Assembly: GCA_963741205.1 (NCBI GenBank)
Contig: CAVUHW010000034.1
Span: 145,710 to 209,709, forward strand
Source of the DNA: Nitrospirota bacterium
Lineage (GTDB): Bacteria; Nitrospirota; UBA9217
Reading direction: 5' to 3'
Length of the DNA: 64,000 bases
Each line of letters begins with the position of its first letter. The stretch's first letter is position 1. Of the stretch, positions 31,588-43,700 are shown piece after piece. Below the pieces are notes generated by a model that saw only the letters and a list, made by a program, of their open reading frames with translations, was not told where the DNA came from and did not search any database. A program made the position numbers and the translations under genes.

Positions 31588-34500
31588 ATGCCGAAACGGA
31601 CAGACATTAAAAAAATCCTCATCATCGGCGCGGGGCCGATCGTGATCGGACAGGCCTGCGAGTTCGACTACTCGGGCGTGCAGGCGTGCAAGGTGCTCAA
31701 GGAGGAAGGGTACGAGATCGTGCTGGTCAACTCGAACCCGGCCACGATCATGACGGACCCGGAGATGGCGCACCGGACCTACATCGAGCCGATCACTCCG
31801 GCGGTGGTCGAAAAGATCATCGAACGGGAACGGCCCGACGCGCTGCTTCCGACCATGGGCGGCCAGACGGCCCTGAACACGGCCGTGGCGCTCGCGGAGT
31901 CGGGCGTTCTGGAAAAATACAAGGTCGAGCTGATCGGTGCGAAGCTGCCTGCCATCAAAAAGGCGGAAGACCGCGAGCTGTTCAAAAAGGCGATGGAAGC
32001 AATCGGCCTCGATGTGCCGAAGAGCGGTTTTGCCACGAGCAGGGAGCAGGCCTATGAGATCCTTGAAAAGGTCGGTTTTCCCGCGATCCTGCGCCCGGCC
32101 TTCACCCTGGGCGGCACCGGCGGCGGCATCGCCTATAATAAGGAAGAATTCACAGACCTGATCATGCGCGGTCTCGATGCGAGCCCGGTCCACCAGGTGC
32201 TGATCGAGGAGTCAATGGTCGGCTGGAAAGAGTATGAACTCGAGGTGATGCGGGACGGGAAAGACAACGTCGTGATCGTCTGTTCCATCGAAAATCTCGA
32301 CCCCATGGGCATCCACACCGGCGACAGCATCACCGTGGCGCCGGCGCAGACCCTGACCGACAAGGAATACCAGATCATGCGCGACGCCTCGCTCAAAATC
32401 ATCCGCGAGATCGGCGTGGATACCGGAGGGTCGAACATCCAGTTCGCCGTCGATCCCGCGAACGGCAGGATGATCGTGATCGAGATGAACCCCCGCGTGT
32501 CGCGCAGTTCCGCGCTCGCGTCCAAGGCCACGGGGTTTCCCATCGCGAAGTTCGCGGCCAAACTCGCCGTCGGGTATACCCTGGACGAGATTACGAACGA
32601 CATCACGAAGGCCACGCCGGCGTGCTTCGAGCCGACCATCGATTACGTGGTTGTGAAATTCCCGCGCTTCGCCTTCGAAAAGTTTCCGCAGGCGGACGCG
32701 ACCTTGACGACGCAGATGAAGTCCGTGGGTGAGGCCATGTCCATCGGCAGGACCTTTAAGGAGGCGCTCCAGAAGGCGCTTCGCTCCCTGGAGATCGACC
32801 GTTATGGGTTAGAGTCCCGCCGTGACCGCGACGGAGACGCAGAGCGCAGAGGCGACGACGATATCCGACAGAGGATCAGCGTGCCGAACTGGGAGCGCAT
32901 CTGGTACATAGCGGACGGGTTCCGCGCGGGAATGAGCGTTGAGGAAATTTTCACGCTTTCGAAGATCGACCCCTGGTATCTGCACCAGGTCAAGCAGATC
33001 GTCGACATGGAGAAGGACCTGAAGGAGCAGGGGACCCGCGTCCTGGACACTGCTTCCTCCGGGATCGATCATCCTCTCCGGCGCGCGAAGGAATACGGTT
33101 TTTCGGACCGCCGGATCGCGAGGCTGCTCACGACCACGGAAGACGCGGTGCGCAAGGCCCGATACGGGCTCGGCATCACGCCTGTCTTCAAGATGGTGGA
33201 CACCTGCGCCGCGGAGTTCGAGGCCCACACGCCGTATCTCTATTCGACGTATGAAAAACCCTTCTATAAAATCGGGAGTCAGGAGTCAGGAGCCAGGAAC
33301 TGGAAGGCGGAGTGCGAGGCGAACCCGACGGACCGAAAAAAAATCGTGATCCTGGGCGGCGGGCCGAACCGGATCGGGCAGGGCATCGAGTTCGATTACT
33401 GCTGCGTCCATGCCGCCTTTGCCCTCAAGGAAGACGACTTTGAGACGATCATGGTAAACTGCAACCCGGAGACGGTCAGCACGGATTACGATACCTCGGA
33501 CAGGCTTTATTTTGAACCCTTGACACTGGAAGACGTTTTACATATTATACACCGGGAAAAGCCTGTGGGCGTAATCGTGCAGTTCGGAGGTCAGACGCCG
33601 CTCAAGCTCGCGGTGCCTCTTGAGAAAGAGGGCGTGCGCATCCTCGGGACGACGCCCGACAGCATCGACCGGGCCGAAGACCGGAAGCGTTTCAAGGAAC
33701 TGCTGGACAAACTCGGGCTGCTCCAGGCCGAGAGCGGTACGGCGGTCTCCTGCGATGAAGCGGTGGAGGTCGCGAACCGCATCGGTTACCCGGTCATGGT
33801 CCGGCCGTCTTATGTACTCGGCGGCAGGGCCATGGAGATCATCTACGACGAGGAGAGCGTCCGGAGCTACATGTCCAGGGCGGTCAAGGCCTCGCCGGAG
33901 CGGCCGGTGCTCGTTGACAAATATCTGGAGGACGCTATCGAGATCGACGTGGACGCGATTTCGGATGGAGCGGCGGTGGTCGTAGCGGGCATCATGGAGC
34001 ACATCGAAGAGGCTGGAGTGCACTCCGGAGATTCGGCATGTTCGCTGCCGCCGTTCTCGCTCTCGCCGGATGTCATCAGGGAAATCGACCATCAGGCCCG
34101 GGCGCTCGCCCTGGAACTCGGCGTGATCGGTCTCATGAACATCCAGTTCGCAGTCAAGGAGGGCCGGATCTACGTGCTTGAGGTGAACCCCCGGGCGTCC
34201 CGGACCGTCCCCTTCGTGAGCAAGGCCATCGGCGTACCGCTCGCCAAGCTCGCCGCCCGCGTCATGGCGGGCAAGACGCTCGCGGAGCTCGGCTTTACCA
34301 AAGAGATCGTCATCAAGCATATCGCGGTCAAGGAAGCCGTGTTTCCCTTTGCGAAGTTTCCGGGCGTGGACACACTCCTGGGCCCGGAGATGAAGTCGAC
34401 GGGCGAGGTCATGGGCATCGATACGGACTTCGGCATGTCGTTCGCCAAGTCCCAGATAGCGGCCGGCAATCCCATGCCGGTGTCGGGCCGCGTCTTTTTG

Positions 34501-34881
34501 AGCGTCAAGGACAAGGACAAGCCGGGCCTGCTCGAAGTGGCGCAGGGACTGGAAAAAACGGGGTTCACCATCGTCGCGACCCGGGGCACGGCAGAGTACC
34601 TCAAGAAACGGGGCATCGCTGTCGAGACCGTGAACAAGGTGACCGAGGGCCGTCCGCACATCGTGGACCAGATCACCGACATGCAGATCGATTTTGTCAT
34701 CAACACGGTCCACGGCGCCCAGGCGCAAAAGGATTCCTATTCGATCCGGCGAACGACCCTGATCAAGGGGATTCCCTATTTTACGACGATCTCTGCCGCG
34801 AAGGCGGCGGTACGGGGCATTTCGGCAATCAAAACACGACCACTTCAGGTCAAGACCATTCAGGAGTACCACGCATCATGA
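31588..34881 (+). CDS. carB: Carbamoyl-phosphate synthase large subunit
   Basis: [48 protein letters not shown] domain. Intact 1097-aa ORF. Confidence 0.99.
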   Translation: MPKRTDIKKILIIGAGPIVIGQACEFDYSGVQACKVLKEEGYEIVLVNSNPATIMTDPEMAHRTYIEPITPAVVEKIIERERPDALLPTMGGQTALNTAVALAESGVLEKYKVELIGAKLPAIKKAEDRELFKKAMEAIGLDVPKSGFATSREQAYEILEKVGFPAILRPAFTLGGTGGGIAYNKEEFTDLIMRGLDASPVHQVLIEESMVGWKEYELEVMRDGKDNVVIVCSIENLDPMGIHTGDSITVAPAQTLTDKEYQIMRDASLKIIREIGVDTGGSNIQFAVDPANGRMIVIEMNPRVSRSSALASKATGFPIAKFAAKLAVGYTLDEITNDITKATPACFEPTIDYVVVKFPRFAFEKFPQADATLTTQMKSVGEAMSIGRTFKEALQKALRSLEIDRYGLESRRDRDGDAERRGDDDIRQRISVPNWERIWYIADGFRAGMSVEEIFTLSKIDPWYLHQVKQIVDMEKDLKEQGTRVLDTASSGIDHPLRRAKEYGFSDRRIARLLTTTEDAVRKARYGLGITPVFKMVDTCAAEFEAHTPYLYSTYEKPFYKIGSQESGARNWKAECEANPTDRKKIVILGGGPNRIGQGIEFDYCCVHAAFALKEDDFETIMVNCNPETVSTDYDTSDRLYFEPLTLEDVLHIIHREKPVGVIVQFGGQTPLKLAVPLEKEGVRILGTTPDSIDRAEDRKRFKELLDKLGLLQAESGTAVSCDEAVEVANRIGYPVMVRPSYVLGGRAMEIIYDEESVRSYMSRAVKASPERPVLVDKYLEDAIEIDVDAISDGAAVVVAGIMEHIEEAGVHSGDSACSLPPFSLSPDVIREIDHQARALALELGVIGLMNIQFAVKEGRIYVLEVNPRASRTVPFVSKAIGVPLAKLAARVMAGKTLAELGFTKEIVIKHIAVKEAVFPFAKFPGVDTLLGPEMKSTGEVMGIDTDFGMSFAKSQIAAGNPMPVSGRVFLSVKDKDKPGLLEVAQGLEKTGFTIVATRGTAEYLKKRGIAVETVNKVTEGRPHIVDQITDMQIDFVINTVHGAQAQKDSYSIRRTTLIKGIPYFTTISAAKAAVRGISAIKTRPLQVKTIQEYHAS

Positions 34882-35360
34882 CGCAGAAAATACCCATGAC
34901 CAAAGAAGGCTACGAAAAGCTCAAAGCCGAGCTCGACCGCATCGTGAAGGTGGAACGGGCGAAGAACATCAAGGACATCGAGGAGGCCCGGGCCCACGGC
35001 GACCTTTCGGAGAACGCGGAATATCACGCGGCCAAGGAGCGGCAGGGCCATCTCGACGCCAAGAAGCGCGAGTTGGAGCATAAGCTTGCCCACGCCCAGA
35101 TCATCGATATTTCCAAGCTCTCGAATGAAAAGGTGGTCTTCGGAGCCACGGTGACTCTTTCGGACACTGATTCCGGCGATAGGAAAAAATATATGCTCGT
35201 AGGCCAGGAAGAGGCGGACTTGAAAAAGGGGAAAATATCGATCCAGTCGCCCGTTGGCAAGGCGCTCATCGGCCACAAGGTGGGCGATGTCGTGACGATC
35301 AAGACACCGGCCAAAACCGTGGAATATGAAATCCAGGAGATCCAGATTGCCTTTGAATAG
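34878..35360 (+). CDS. greA: Transcription elongation factor GreA
   Basis: [31 protein letters not shown]. Confidence 0.97.
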   Translation: MTQKIPMTKEGYEKLKAELDRIVKVERAKNIKDIEEARAHGDLSENAEYHAAKERQGHLDAKKRELEHKLAHAQIIDISKLSNEKVVFGATVTLSDTDSGDRKKYMLVGQEEADLKKGKISIQSPVGKALIGHKVGDVVTIKTPAKTVEYEIQEIQIAFE

Positions 35361-36171
35361 GCTTCACCGGGCAGCCATTCTGAGCAACAAACCCGCGGGA
35401 AGGGGTTACCATCGCCTCGTGCTTAGGGCGCCGGAAGTCGCGGCCGCGGCAATCCCCGGCCAGTTCGTGATGCTCAGGGTGTCCGAGAACAGAGACCCCC
35501 TCCTCGCCCGTCCCTTCGGAATATCTTCTCTTCCCTCCCGGTCATCCATCGAACTCATTTACCGCGTAGTCGGCCGCGGGACCTTGCTTTTGACCGGCAT
35601 GGAAGCGGGGCATTCGCTGGGCCTCCTCGGCCCGATCGGCAACGGTTTCCCGGTGCCGGAACCGGGTGCGGCGCCGGTGCTCATTGCCGGCGGGAGCGGG
35701 TTCCCGCCGCTCTACTTCTTCTCCCTGCGCCATGGAACGTCGGCGCACGTTTTCCTCGGGGCCAGAAACCGGGAATGCCTGCCGCCATCAGGCATTGTGA
35801 AGAGTTTCCGGGAAGCCGCGGCCGGGGTGCACATCTCCACGGAAGACGGAAGCGCGGGGAAAAAAGGTATGACCACGGACCTCCTGAATGCGTTCCTTGC
35901 CCGGAGGGAACAAAAAACGCGGCTTGTCGTCTACGCCTGCGGTCCCCACGCGATGCTCGCGGCGGTAAGCAAGAGCGCGGCTGACCATGCCGTACCCTGC
36001 TTTGTATCCCTGGAAGAGCGCATGGCTTGCGGACTCGGAGCGTGCATGGGCTGCTCTGTGGGCATGAAGGCGGGAGGATACAAGCGCGTCTGCAAAGAGG
36101 GGCCGGTGTTCGATTCGAGGGAGATCGAGTGGAGCGAGCAGATACGCATAGCGATTCCCCGTAAAAAATAA
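35353..36171 (+). CDS. pyrK: Dihydroorotate dehydrogenase electron transfer subunit
   Basis: PGQFVML, RPFGI, GPIGNGF, ACGP, EERMACGLGACMGC...VCKEGPVF. Confidence 0.93.
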   Translation: MNRLHRAAILSNKPAGRGYHRLVLRAPEVAAAAIPGQFVMLRVSENRDPLLARPFGISSLPSRSSIELIYRVVGRGTLLLTGMEAGHSLGLLGPIGNGFPVPEPGAAPVLIAGGSGFPPLYFFSLRHGTSAHVFLGARNRECLPPSGIVKSFREAAAGVHISTEDGSAGKKGMTTDLLNAFLARREQKTRLVVYACGPHAMLAAVSKSAADHAVPCFVSLEERMACGLGACMGCSVGMKAGGYKRVCKEGPVFDSREIEWSEQIRIAIPRKK

Positions 36172-36233
36172 GAAACGTGAATGAGACAAGCAAGCTTCGC
36201 GGTAAACGTTCTTCGATTCGGTTTTCGTTTATT

Positions 36234-37170
36234 ATGGAAAAGACAAAAATAATAAAAAAAACCGACCTCTCCGTCGACTTCGCCGGTATCGGCTGAAGAA
36301 CCCGGTGCTCACCGCGTCCGGCACGTTCGGATACGGTGAGGAGTACGCCGAGTTCGTCGACTTGAACAGGCTTGGCGGCGTGATCGTGAAGGGCGTGTCC
36401 CTGAAGCCGATGAAGGGTAATCCTCCCCCGCGCATCTGGGAAACTCCGTCCGGCATGCTCAATGCCATCGGCCTTGAAAATCCCGGCGTAGAGGTATTCT
36501 TAAAGGAAAAACTGCCCTACCTCAGAAAGTTCGATACCGCCGTCATCGTGAATGTGTTCGGGTACAGTCTCGAGGACTATGTCGGCGTTGTCGAACGGCT
36601 TGACGGCGCTTCGGGCATCGCCGGCCTCGAAGTGAATATATCATGCCCCAACGTGAAGGCGGGGGGGATCGTTTTCGGGACGAACCAAAAGTCGGCGTTC
36701 GAACTCCTGTCGGCCGTGCGAAAAGCCACGAAGCTTCCCGTTATCGCAAAGCTGTCGCCGAACGTGACGGATATCACCGAATTCGCCCGGACCGCCCGGG
36801 ATGCCGGGTGTGACGGACTATCGCTCATCAATACACTCCTCGGCATGGCGATCGACGTGCGTTGCAGGAGGCCGCGGCTCGCAAACTGCACGGGGGGCTC
36901 TCCGGCCCGGCGATCAGACCGGTAGCCGTCCGCATGGTCTGGCAGGCGGCAAAGGCGGTGAAGCTTCCGATCATCGGCATGGGGGGGATCGTGACGGGCG
37001 AGGACGCGCTGGAGTTCATCCTCGCGGGCGCGTCGGCCGTGGCCGTCGGCACGGCGAATTTCATGGACCCGCGCGCAACGCTCGGGGTGCTTGACGGCAT
37101 GGAGGCCATCCTGGCTGAGCAGGGGACCGCGAGGCTCGCCGATCTTATCGGGAAGGTGGACGCCGGATGA
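36234..37170 (+). CDS. pyrD: Dihydroorotate dehydrogenase type 1B catalytic subunit (frameshifts)
   Basis: [58 protein letters not shown]. Confidence 0.95.
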
Positions 37171-38676
37171 AGATCGTTTCCAGCCTCATGAGCAAGATCA
37201 TCATCGCGGTCTCCGCTATCCTGGCGGTAACGATCGGCCTGGGCACGTGGATCAACATCGGGTATCAACGGGCGCAGATGGAAGACTCGCTCGAAGACAA
37301 TGTCCTGATCATTTCGAACACTATCGAAAGCAGCCTGGCCAACGCCATGGTGGACGGGAAGAGCAAGGAGGTGCAGCACATCCTGGAGGCCGTCGGCGGA
37401 TACCACAACCTCCGGGAAGTGAAGATCTTCAGTCCGAACGGCGTCATTTTGAAATCCTCAAAAAGCTGGATGATCGGGAGGCAAGTGGACTCCCAAACGC
37501 AAAAATGGTTTCTTGCCGGAACAGTTCAGTAAACCGATCAAGCGCAGGGAAGAAGGCATCTTATCGGTGCTTGTCCCCATCGAGAACGACGAGCGCTGTT
37601 TTCATTGCCACGGTTCCAAGATAAAGCTGAACGGCATACTGGCGGTCGACGTGTCCATGGCGCAGACCCAGGCGAAGGTGCGGGAACTCAGCAAGACCAT
37701 GTTCCTCTGGGCACTGGAAGTCACCGCGATCCTGGCAGTGTCTCTCTCCCTTTTACTGACGCACCTGGTCACGAACCCCATCCAGAAACTGATCGGCACC
37801 ATGGAGCGCGCCGAGCGGGGGCTTGAAGCCCGTGCTAATATAAGGAGTTCGGACGACATCGGAAGGCTGGGCCAGGCCTTCAATTCCCTCCTTTCCAAAC
37901 TGGAACGCGCCCGCGGCGAGGTGGAACGCTATCACTATGAACAGATGAAGCGGGCCGACCGGCTCGCATCCATCGGCGAAATGGCGGCCGGCATCGCCCA
38001 TGAAATCAAGAATCCGCTCGCCGGCATCGCGGGGGTGATCCAGGTCATCAAGAACGAACATGCCCTGGGCGACCAGAAACGGGTTATCCTCGATGAAGTC
38101 CTCTCGCAGGTGGAGCGCATGGACAAGGCGGTACGGAACCTCCTTTCCTTTGCGAGGCCTCCGGAACCGAAGATGACGTCCGCCGACATCAATGAACTCA
38201 TCGGCAAACTCCTCGATTTTCTCGCGCCGCAGTTCGCCAAAAACTCGATCAAGACCGAACGAAAACTGGCGCCGGGGCTGCCGAGGGTGACGCTCGACCC
38301 GGACCTGATCCAGCAGGCGTTCATTAACATCGCCCTGAACGCGATCCAGGCGATGCCTGGGGGCGGCACAATGTTCATCGAAACAAGGGCGGCAAAACAG
38401 AACGGTCAAGACAAGGACTCCATCGAGATCGTCTTCACCGACTCCGGAAAGGGCATCCTGCCGGAAGATCTGAGCAGGATATTCAGCCCCTTTTTTACAA
38501 CACGGCTGCAGGGCACGGGGCTGGGCCTGTCGATTACCCAACGGATCATCGAACAGCATGGCGGGGAAATCAGCGTGACGAGCACCCCCGGCAAAGGAAC
38601 GACCTTTACCATCACCTTCCCCTATCCGCAGAAAGACGCTTCAGAGCAAAATGCGAGGGACCCATGGCAGCTATGA
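37167..38676 (+). CDS. Sensor histidine kinase with a heme c-binding periplasmic domain and HAMP (one frameshift)
   Basis: Two TM helices flanking NDERCFHCH; [15 protein letters not shown]; H-box AHEIKNPL; N, G1 (DSGKG), F (PFFTT) and G2 (GTGLGL) boxes. Confidence 0.9.
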
Positions 38677-38902
38677 TCTCCGCAAAAAAAACGTATTGAT
38701 GCATTCGATTGTTGATGGATTTAAAGGAGGCAGCTCCCGTAAATCTATTTTTATTCGGCACCTCTTTTTATCGGGTCAGCGATTCTTGTTCACGGCGGCC
38801 GAGACAGAAGGCCCTCGTTAGGCAACACTGTTCATCGCGAAGCAAATTTAATCATGAATAACCTGACCCTTATGATTTTCCCGGGGCACAGGGGGAGGGG
38901 TT

Positions 38903-39818
38903 ATGGAACGACAGGACGGCACAGGCAGCGAAGCGCTTCTCGACTGTATAGTCATCGGGGCGGGCCCGGGAGGCCTGCAGGCCTGCATCCACCTCGGCCG
39001 CTACAACTTCCGCGTCGTGCTGTTCCACACTCCCGGGGGGCGGACCGGCTATGCAAAACACATCGAGAACTATCTCGGCCTTCGTGCCGTCTCAGGCCCG
39101 GACCTCCTGAAAATCGGTCTCGAGCAGGCGGAGAGTTTCGGCATCACCATCGAGCGCGCCAAGGTGGAGCGCCTCACGGCCCGGGAGGGGCACTTCGAGG
39201 TGCAGGCCGCGGGGAAGACCTATCGCTCCCGTTTCGTCATCGCTGCCTCAGGGGCCCGGGAGGCCCTCGCCCCCTTCAAGAACCTTTCGCGTTTTTTCGG
39301 CATCTCCTACTTCACCTGCATGATCTGCGACGGCTATCGCACAACCGGCAAGAAGCTGCTCGTCATTGACCGCACTATCAACGGGGTGCGCCTCAGCGTC
39401 GGCATGAAGCAGATGTTCACCAGCGATGTGACCTTTCTCGCCCACGGCTTCTCCCTGGCCCCGGTGTACAGGGCGCTCCTCGAGGAGGAGGGGATCGGCC
39501 TGGTCGAGGGGCGGCCGGAAGAGCTTCTCGGCGAGAAAAACCTTGAGGGGGTGCGGCTCGCTGATGGTCGCGTCATCCCCTGCGAGGTCATCTTGGGGTG
39601 GGGCGGGATATCCCTCAACGATGAGTACCTCGAGGGCCTCCCCCTGGAACGCGACGCCGAGGGATTCAAGATCATGACCAAGGGCGCGAGCGAGTCGAGC
39701 ATCCCCGGCCTCTTCGTCCTCGGGCGCACTCCGCCACGGCCACTCCCAAGCGATCATCTCTGCCGGCCAGGGTGCCGAGGCAGCGATCGAAATCAGCACA
39801 AGGATCGTTGAACTCTAG
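38903..39818 (+). CDS. Thioredoxin reductase-like FAD oxidoreductase (3' frameshift)
   Basis: VIGAGPGG, IENYLG, IAASG, CMICDG, SSIPGLF; shifted tail QAIISAGQGAEAA ends at TAG 39818. Confidence 0.85.
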
Positions 39819-39992
39819 AAGAAGATCTTTTGAAAATACAACGTACGGAACCGGCAAAAGCGATACGTCATTGCCGGACGAAGTTCTACCTGCCGATTTC
39901 CACTTCACGATCGTCCCTCTTCAATTTCTTGCTTTTTCGGTGCTTCTGACATAGAATCAAATCAGGGCCGCCTTGGTCCCCTCAAATTCCTC

Positions 39993-40874
39993 ATGGACGA
40001 CGAACTCCTGAAGCAATTTCTCAATTATCTTACCGTTGAAAAGGGACTGGCGGAAAACACCGTCGAATCCTACGAACGGGACCTGCGCAAATACCAGGAG
40101 AGGATGAAGACCAAGAATCCGGACGATATCACGGAGTCTGACATTGTCTCCTTTCTCAGCCGCCTGTCCGGGGAGGGAATGTCCGCGCCGTCCGTGTCGC
40201 GAAGCCTGTCCGCGATCAGGGGGTTCCATAAATATCTCCTGACCGACGGCCTCGCGACTGTGGACCCGACGGTGAATCTCGAAACTCCCCGCGGATGGAA
40301 ACGGCTGCCGAAAGCGCTTTCCCGGAGGGACGTCGATGCGCTGCTTGAAGGTCCCGACCCCATGACGCCGGTCGGTCTCCGGGACAAGGCCATGCTTGAA
40401 CTCTTGTACGCCACCGGGCTCCGCGTAAGCGAACTGGTGGGCCTCAAACTTGGAGATCTGAATCTCGAACGGGGCTTTCTCGTCGTCATCGGCAAGGGGT
40501 CTAAAGAGCGTGCGGTGCCCATGGGAGAGGCGGCCATGGCCGTTATCCAGGAGTATCTGGACCGCGCGCGCCATACGCTGCTCGGGGGCTCCGAGTCGAA
40601 TCACCTCTTCATCAGCTCGAAGCGCCGGGGTATCACCCGGCAGATGTTCTGGGCACGGATAAAGTTTTACGCCCGAAAGACCGGAATCTCCGGCTCGGTC
40701 TCGCCGCACACCCTGCGCCATTCCTTTGCGACGCACCTCCTGGACAATGGCGCCGACCTTCGCGCTGTCCAGGCCATGCTCGGCCACTCGGACATCTCCA
40801 CGACGCAGATCTACACCCAGGTGTCCCGGGAGCGGCTCCGGCAGATCCATGAGAAGTACCATCCGAGACGGTAG
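39993..40874 (+). CDS. xerD: Site-specific tyrosine recombinase XerD
   Basis: LTVEKGLAENT, RDKAMLELLYATGLRVSEL, GKGSKER, SPHTLRHSFATHLL, LGHSDISTTQIYT, HPR. Confidence 0.95.
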   Translation: MDDELLKQFLNYLTVEKGLAENTVESYERDLRKYQERMKTKNPDDITESDIVSFLSRLSGEGMSAPSVSRSLSAIRGFHKYLLTDGLATVDPTVNLETPRGWKRLPKALSRRDVDALLEGPDPMTPVGLRDKAMLELLYATGLRVSELVGLKLGDLNLERGFLVVIGKGSKERAVPMGEAAMAVIQEYLDRARHTLLGGSESNHLFISSKRRGITRQMFWARIKFYARKTGISGSVSPHTLRHSFATHLLDNGADLRAVQAMLGHSDISTTQIYTQVSRERLRQIHEKYHPRR

Positions 40875-40875
40875 G

Positions 40876-41000
40876 ACAAAGCGCATGGCGCAGAGCGCAA
40901 AGCGTCAGAGCGGAAATCGCATAGTGCATAGAGCAAAGCGCATAGCGAAGAAACTTGTCATCTGCCTCTGCATCATGCCCTCTGCGCTATGCTCTCTGCG
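40876..41000. repeat. Inverted heptamer array (gcgcaga/tctgcgc type)
   Basis: gcgcatg-gcgcaga-gcgcaaa ... catgccc-tctgcgc-tatgctc-tctgcg. Confidence 0.75.
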
Positions 41001-41011
41001 TGTTTAATATT

Positions 41012-43631
41012 ATGGAAATCATCACCAGTCATACGAACGCCGATTTCGACGCCCTCGCCTCCATGGTCGCGGCGAAGAAGCTCTATCCCGACGCGAAGCT
41101 GGTGTTCCCGGGTTCGCAGGAAAAGAGCATGCGGGACTTTTTCCTCGAGTCCATGTTCTACGCCCTGGAGGTGGAACGGCTCAAAAACATCGACGTGGAC
41201 AGCATTGCCCGGCTCATCATCGTGGACAACCGGAATCCCGCCCGGCTCGGCAAACTAGCCGCGGCCCTGCAGCGGCCCGGCGTCTCGGTGCACATCTACG
41301 ACCATCATCCGGCGGCGGCGGGAGACGTCCGCGGGGAAAAGGAAATCATAGAAGAGATCGGCGCAACGACCACGATCATGGTAGAGCTCTTGAAGGAACG
41401 GGGGATCCCGATCAGCCCGATCGAGGCGACGGTCTTCGCCCTGGGCATCTACGAGGAAACGGGCTCCCTCACCTTCGTCTCGACGACCGTGCGCGACATC
41501 GAGGCCGCGGCATACCTCCTGAAGCAGGGCGCCATGCTCAATATCGTCGCCGATTTCGTTTCCCGGGAGCTGACGGCCGAACAGGTCGCGATCCTCAGCA
41601 GCCTCATCGAATCCGCGAAAAGCTACGACATCAACGGAGTGCGCGTGGTGATCTCTTCCCTGGCGATCCCGCACTTCGTGCCGGACCTCGCCAACCTGGC
41701 GCATAAGATCAGGGACATGGAGGGTCTGGACGTGCTCTTCCTTGTGGTCCAGATCGCCGACAAGACCCATGTGATCGCACGGTGCAGGATCCCCGAGGTG
41801 AACGCAGGACTCGTGATGGAGGAACTGGGCGGGGGCGGGCACGCCACGGCCGCGTCGGCGGTGGTCAGGGACATGACCTACCTCCAGGCGCGAGAGCGTC
41901 TCATCGACGTATTGAGGCGTCATATCAAGCCGGGCCCCGTGGCCCGCGAGCTTATGACCTCGCCGGTCAAGACCATTGCCTCGGGCAGCTCTATCGAGGA
42001 TGCGGGCGAAGCCATGACCCGGTTCAGCGTGAACGTGCTGCCGGTCCTGCGCGGAGACGCCTACGAGGGCATCATCACGCGCGAGGTCGTGCAGAAGGCC
42101 CTCTTCCACGGCCTGGGCAAGCAGAACGTGGAGGAGTTCATGACCACCGGCGGGGCGATCGCCGATCCGGACATGCCCATGGCCCAGGTGGAGCGGGTCA
42201 TGATCGAGGAGCACCAGCGCTTCGTTCCCGTGATCGACCGGGAGGGGAAGCTTGCGGGGGCGATCACCCGGACCGACCTCTTGCGCTCGCTCCATGAGGA
42301 GCGGCTTGCGGAGGTCCCCGAGTTTGACGAGGCGGCGCCCCGTTCCGTCAGGACCGTTAAGGGACTGATCGAGGAGCGGGTGCCGCAGGAAGTGCGCGAA
42401 GCGCTCCATCTCGTCGGCGAGGTCGCGGATAAAAGCGGTTTCCCGGTCTATCTCGTGGGGGGGATCGTCCGCGACCTCTTTCTGCGTGTTACGAACACTG
42501 GACATCGACATCGTGGTAGAAGGGGACGGCATCACCTTCGCGGGGATGCTGGTCAAGAAGGCCGGCGGCCGCATGAAGACGCACCTGAAATTCGGCACTG
42601 CCGTGGTCGTGCTGCCCTCTGGCTTGAAGCTCGACATAGCCACGGCCAGGCTCGAGTACTACGAATCTCCCGCTGCCCTGCCCACGGTGGAGCTTTCGTC
42701 CATCAAGAAGGACCTCTATCGCCGGGACTTCACGATCAACACGCTTGCCGTACGCCTGAACAGGAGACGGTACGGCGAACTCATCGATTTTTTCGCGGGC
42801 TTGCGGGACATCAAGGACAAGACCATCCGGGTCCTGCACAGCCTCTCGTTCGTCGAGGACCCCACCCGGGTGCTGCGTGCGATCCGCTTCGAACAGCGCT
42901 TCGGTTTCCGTCTCAGCAAACACACGCAAAACCTGATCCAGTCGGCGGTGAACATGAAGCTCTTCAACCGCCTGACCGGAGAGCGGATCTATACGGAGCT
43001 CGTTCTCATGTTCTCCGAGGCGGAGCCGCAGAAGATGCTCAGGCGGATGAAAGACTTCGAGCTCCTGAAATTCATCCACCCAGCGCTGAAAGGCTCCGGA
43101 GACCTCGATCGTCTCTTCGGGTCCATCTCCGATACGCTCACCTGGTTTAAGCTGCTCTACCTGGACCTCAAGGCGGAAAAATGGTTCGTCTATTTTCTCG
43201 GCCTCCTGGACCGGATGAAGGACGCGTCCGCGGCCGAAGCGCTCGAACGGCTGGCCGTCCCGCTGCGCATCAGGCAGCGGGTTCAGCAGGCGCGCACGCG
43301 CGCTCGTGACGTCCTCTATCTGTTCTACAAGGAACAGCAGCTTCCCCAGAGCCGTATCTACGATCTTCTCGCCCCTCTCGATACCGAGGCGATCCTCCTC
43401 ATGATGGCGAAGGCCAGGCAGGAGCGGGCCAAGAAATACATCTCTCTGTACCTCACGCACCTGAGAAACGTCAAGATCACGCTTACGGGCGACGACCTCA
43501 AGAAACTCGGCATCCCGCCGGGGCCGCGGTACCGGAAGATCCTCACGGAACTGCTCGACGCCAAACTCGATGGCGTGGTCAGGACCCACGATGACGAGAT
43601 CGAGTTCGTGAAAAGGGCGGCGAAAAAATAA
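41012..43631 (+). CDS. DHH-CBS-nucleotidyltransferase, probable A-adding tRNA nucleotidyltransferase (one frameshift)
   Basis: HTNADFDA, YDHH, GGGGHATAASA, CBS pair, VGGIVRD..DIDIV, RRDFTIN, EDPTR. Confidence 0.9.
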
Positions 43632-43700
43632 TTCGCCGGAACGCGGGCGAATCTGGCGTGTTCCCGGGAAGAAAGTATACTTTCAGGAGGAGAAAGCGCG

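Noticed and set aside
39993-40874. xerD as a mobile-element integrase
   Set aside because: Typical chromosomal XerD in a housekeeping context with no att sites.
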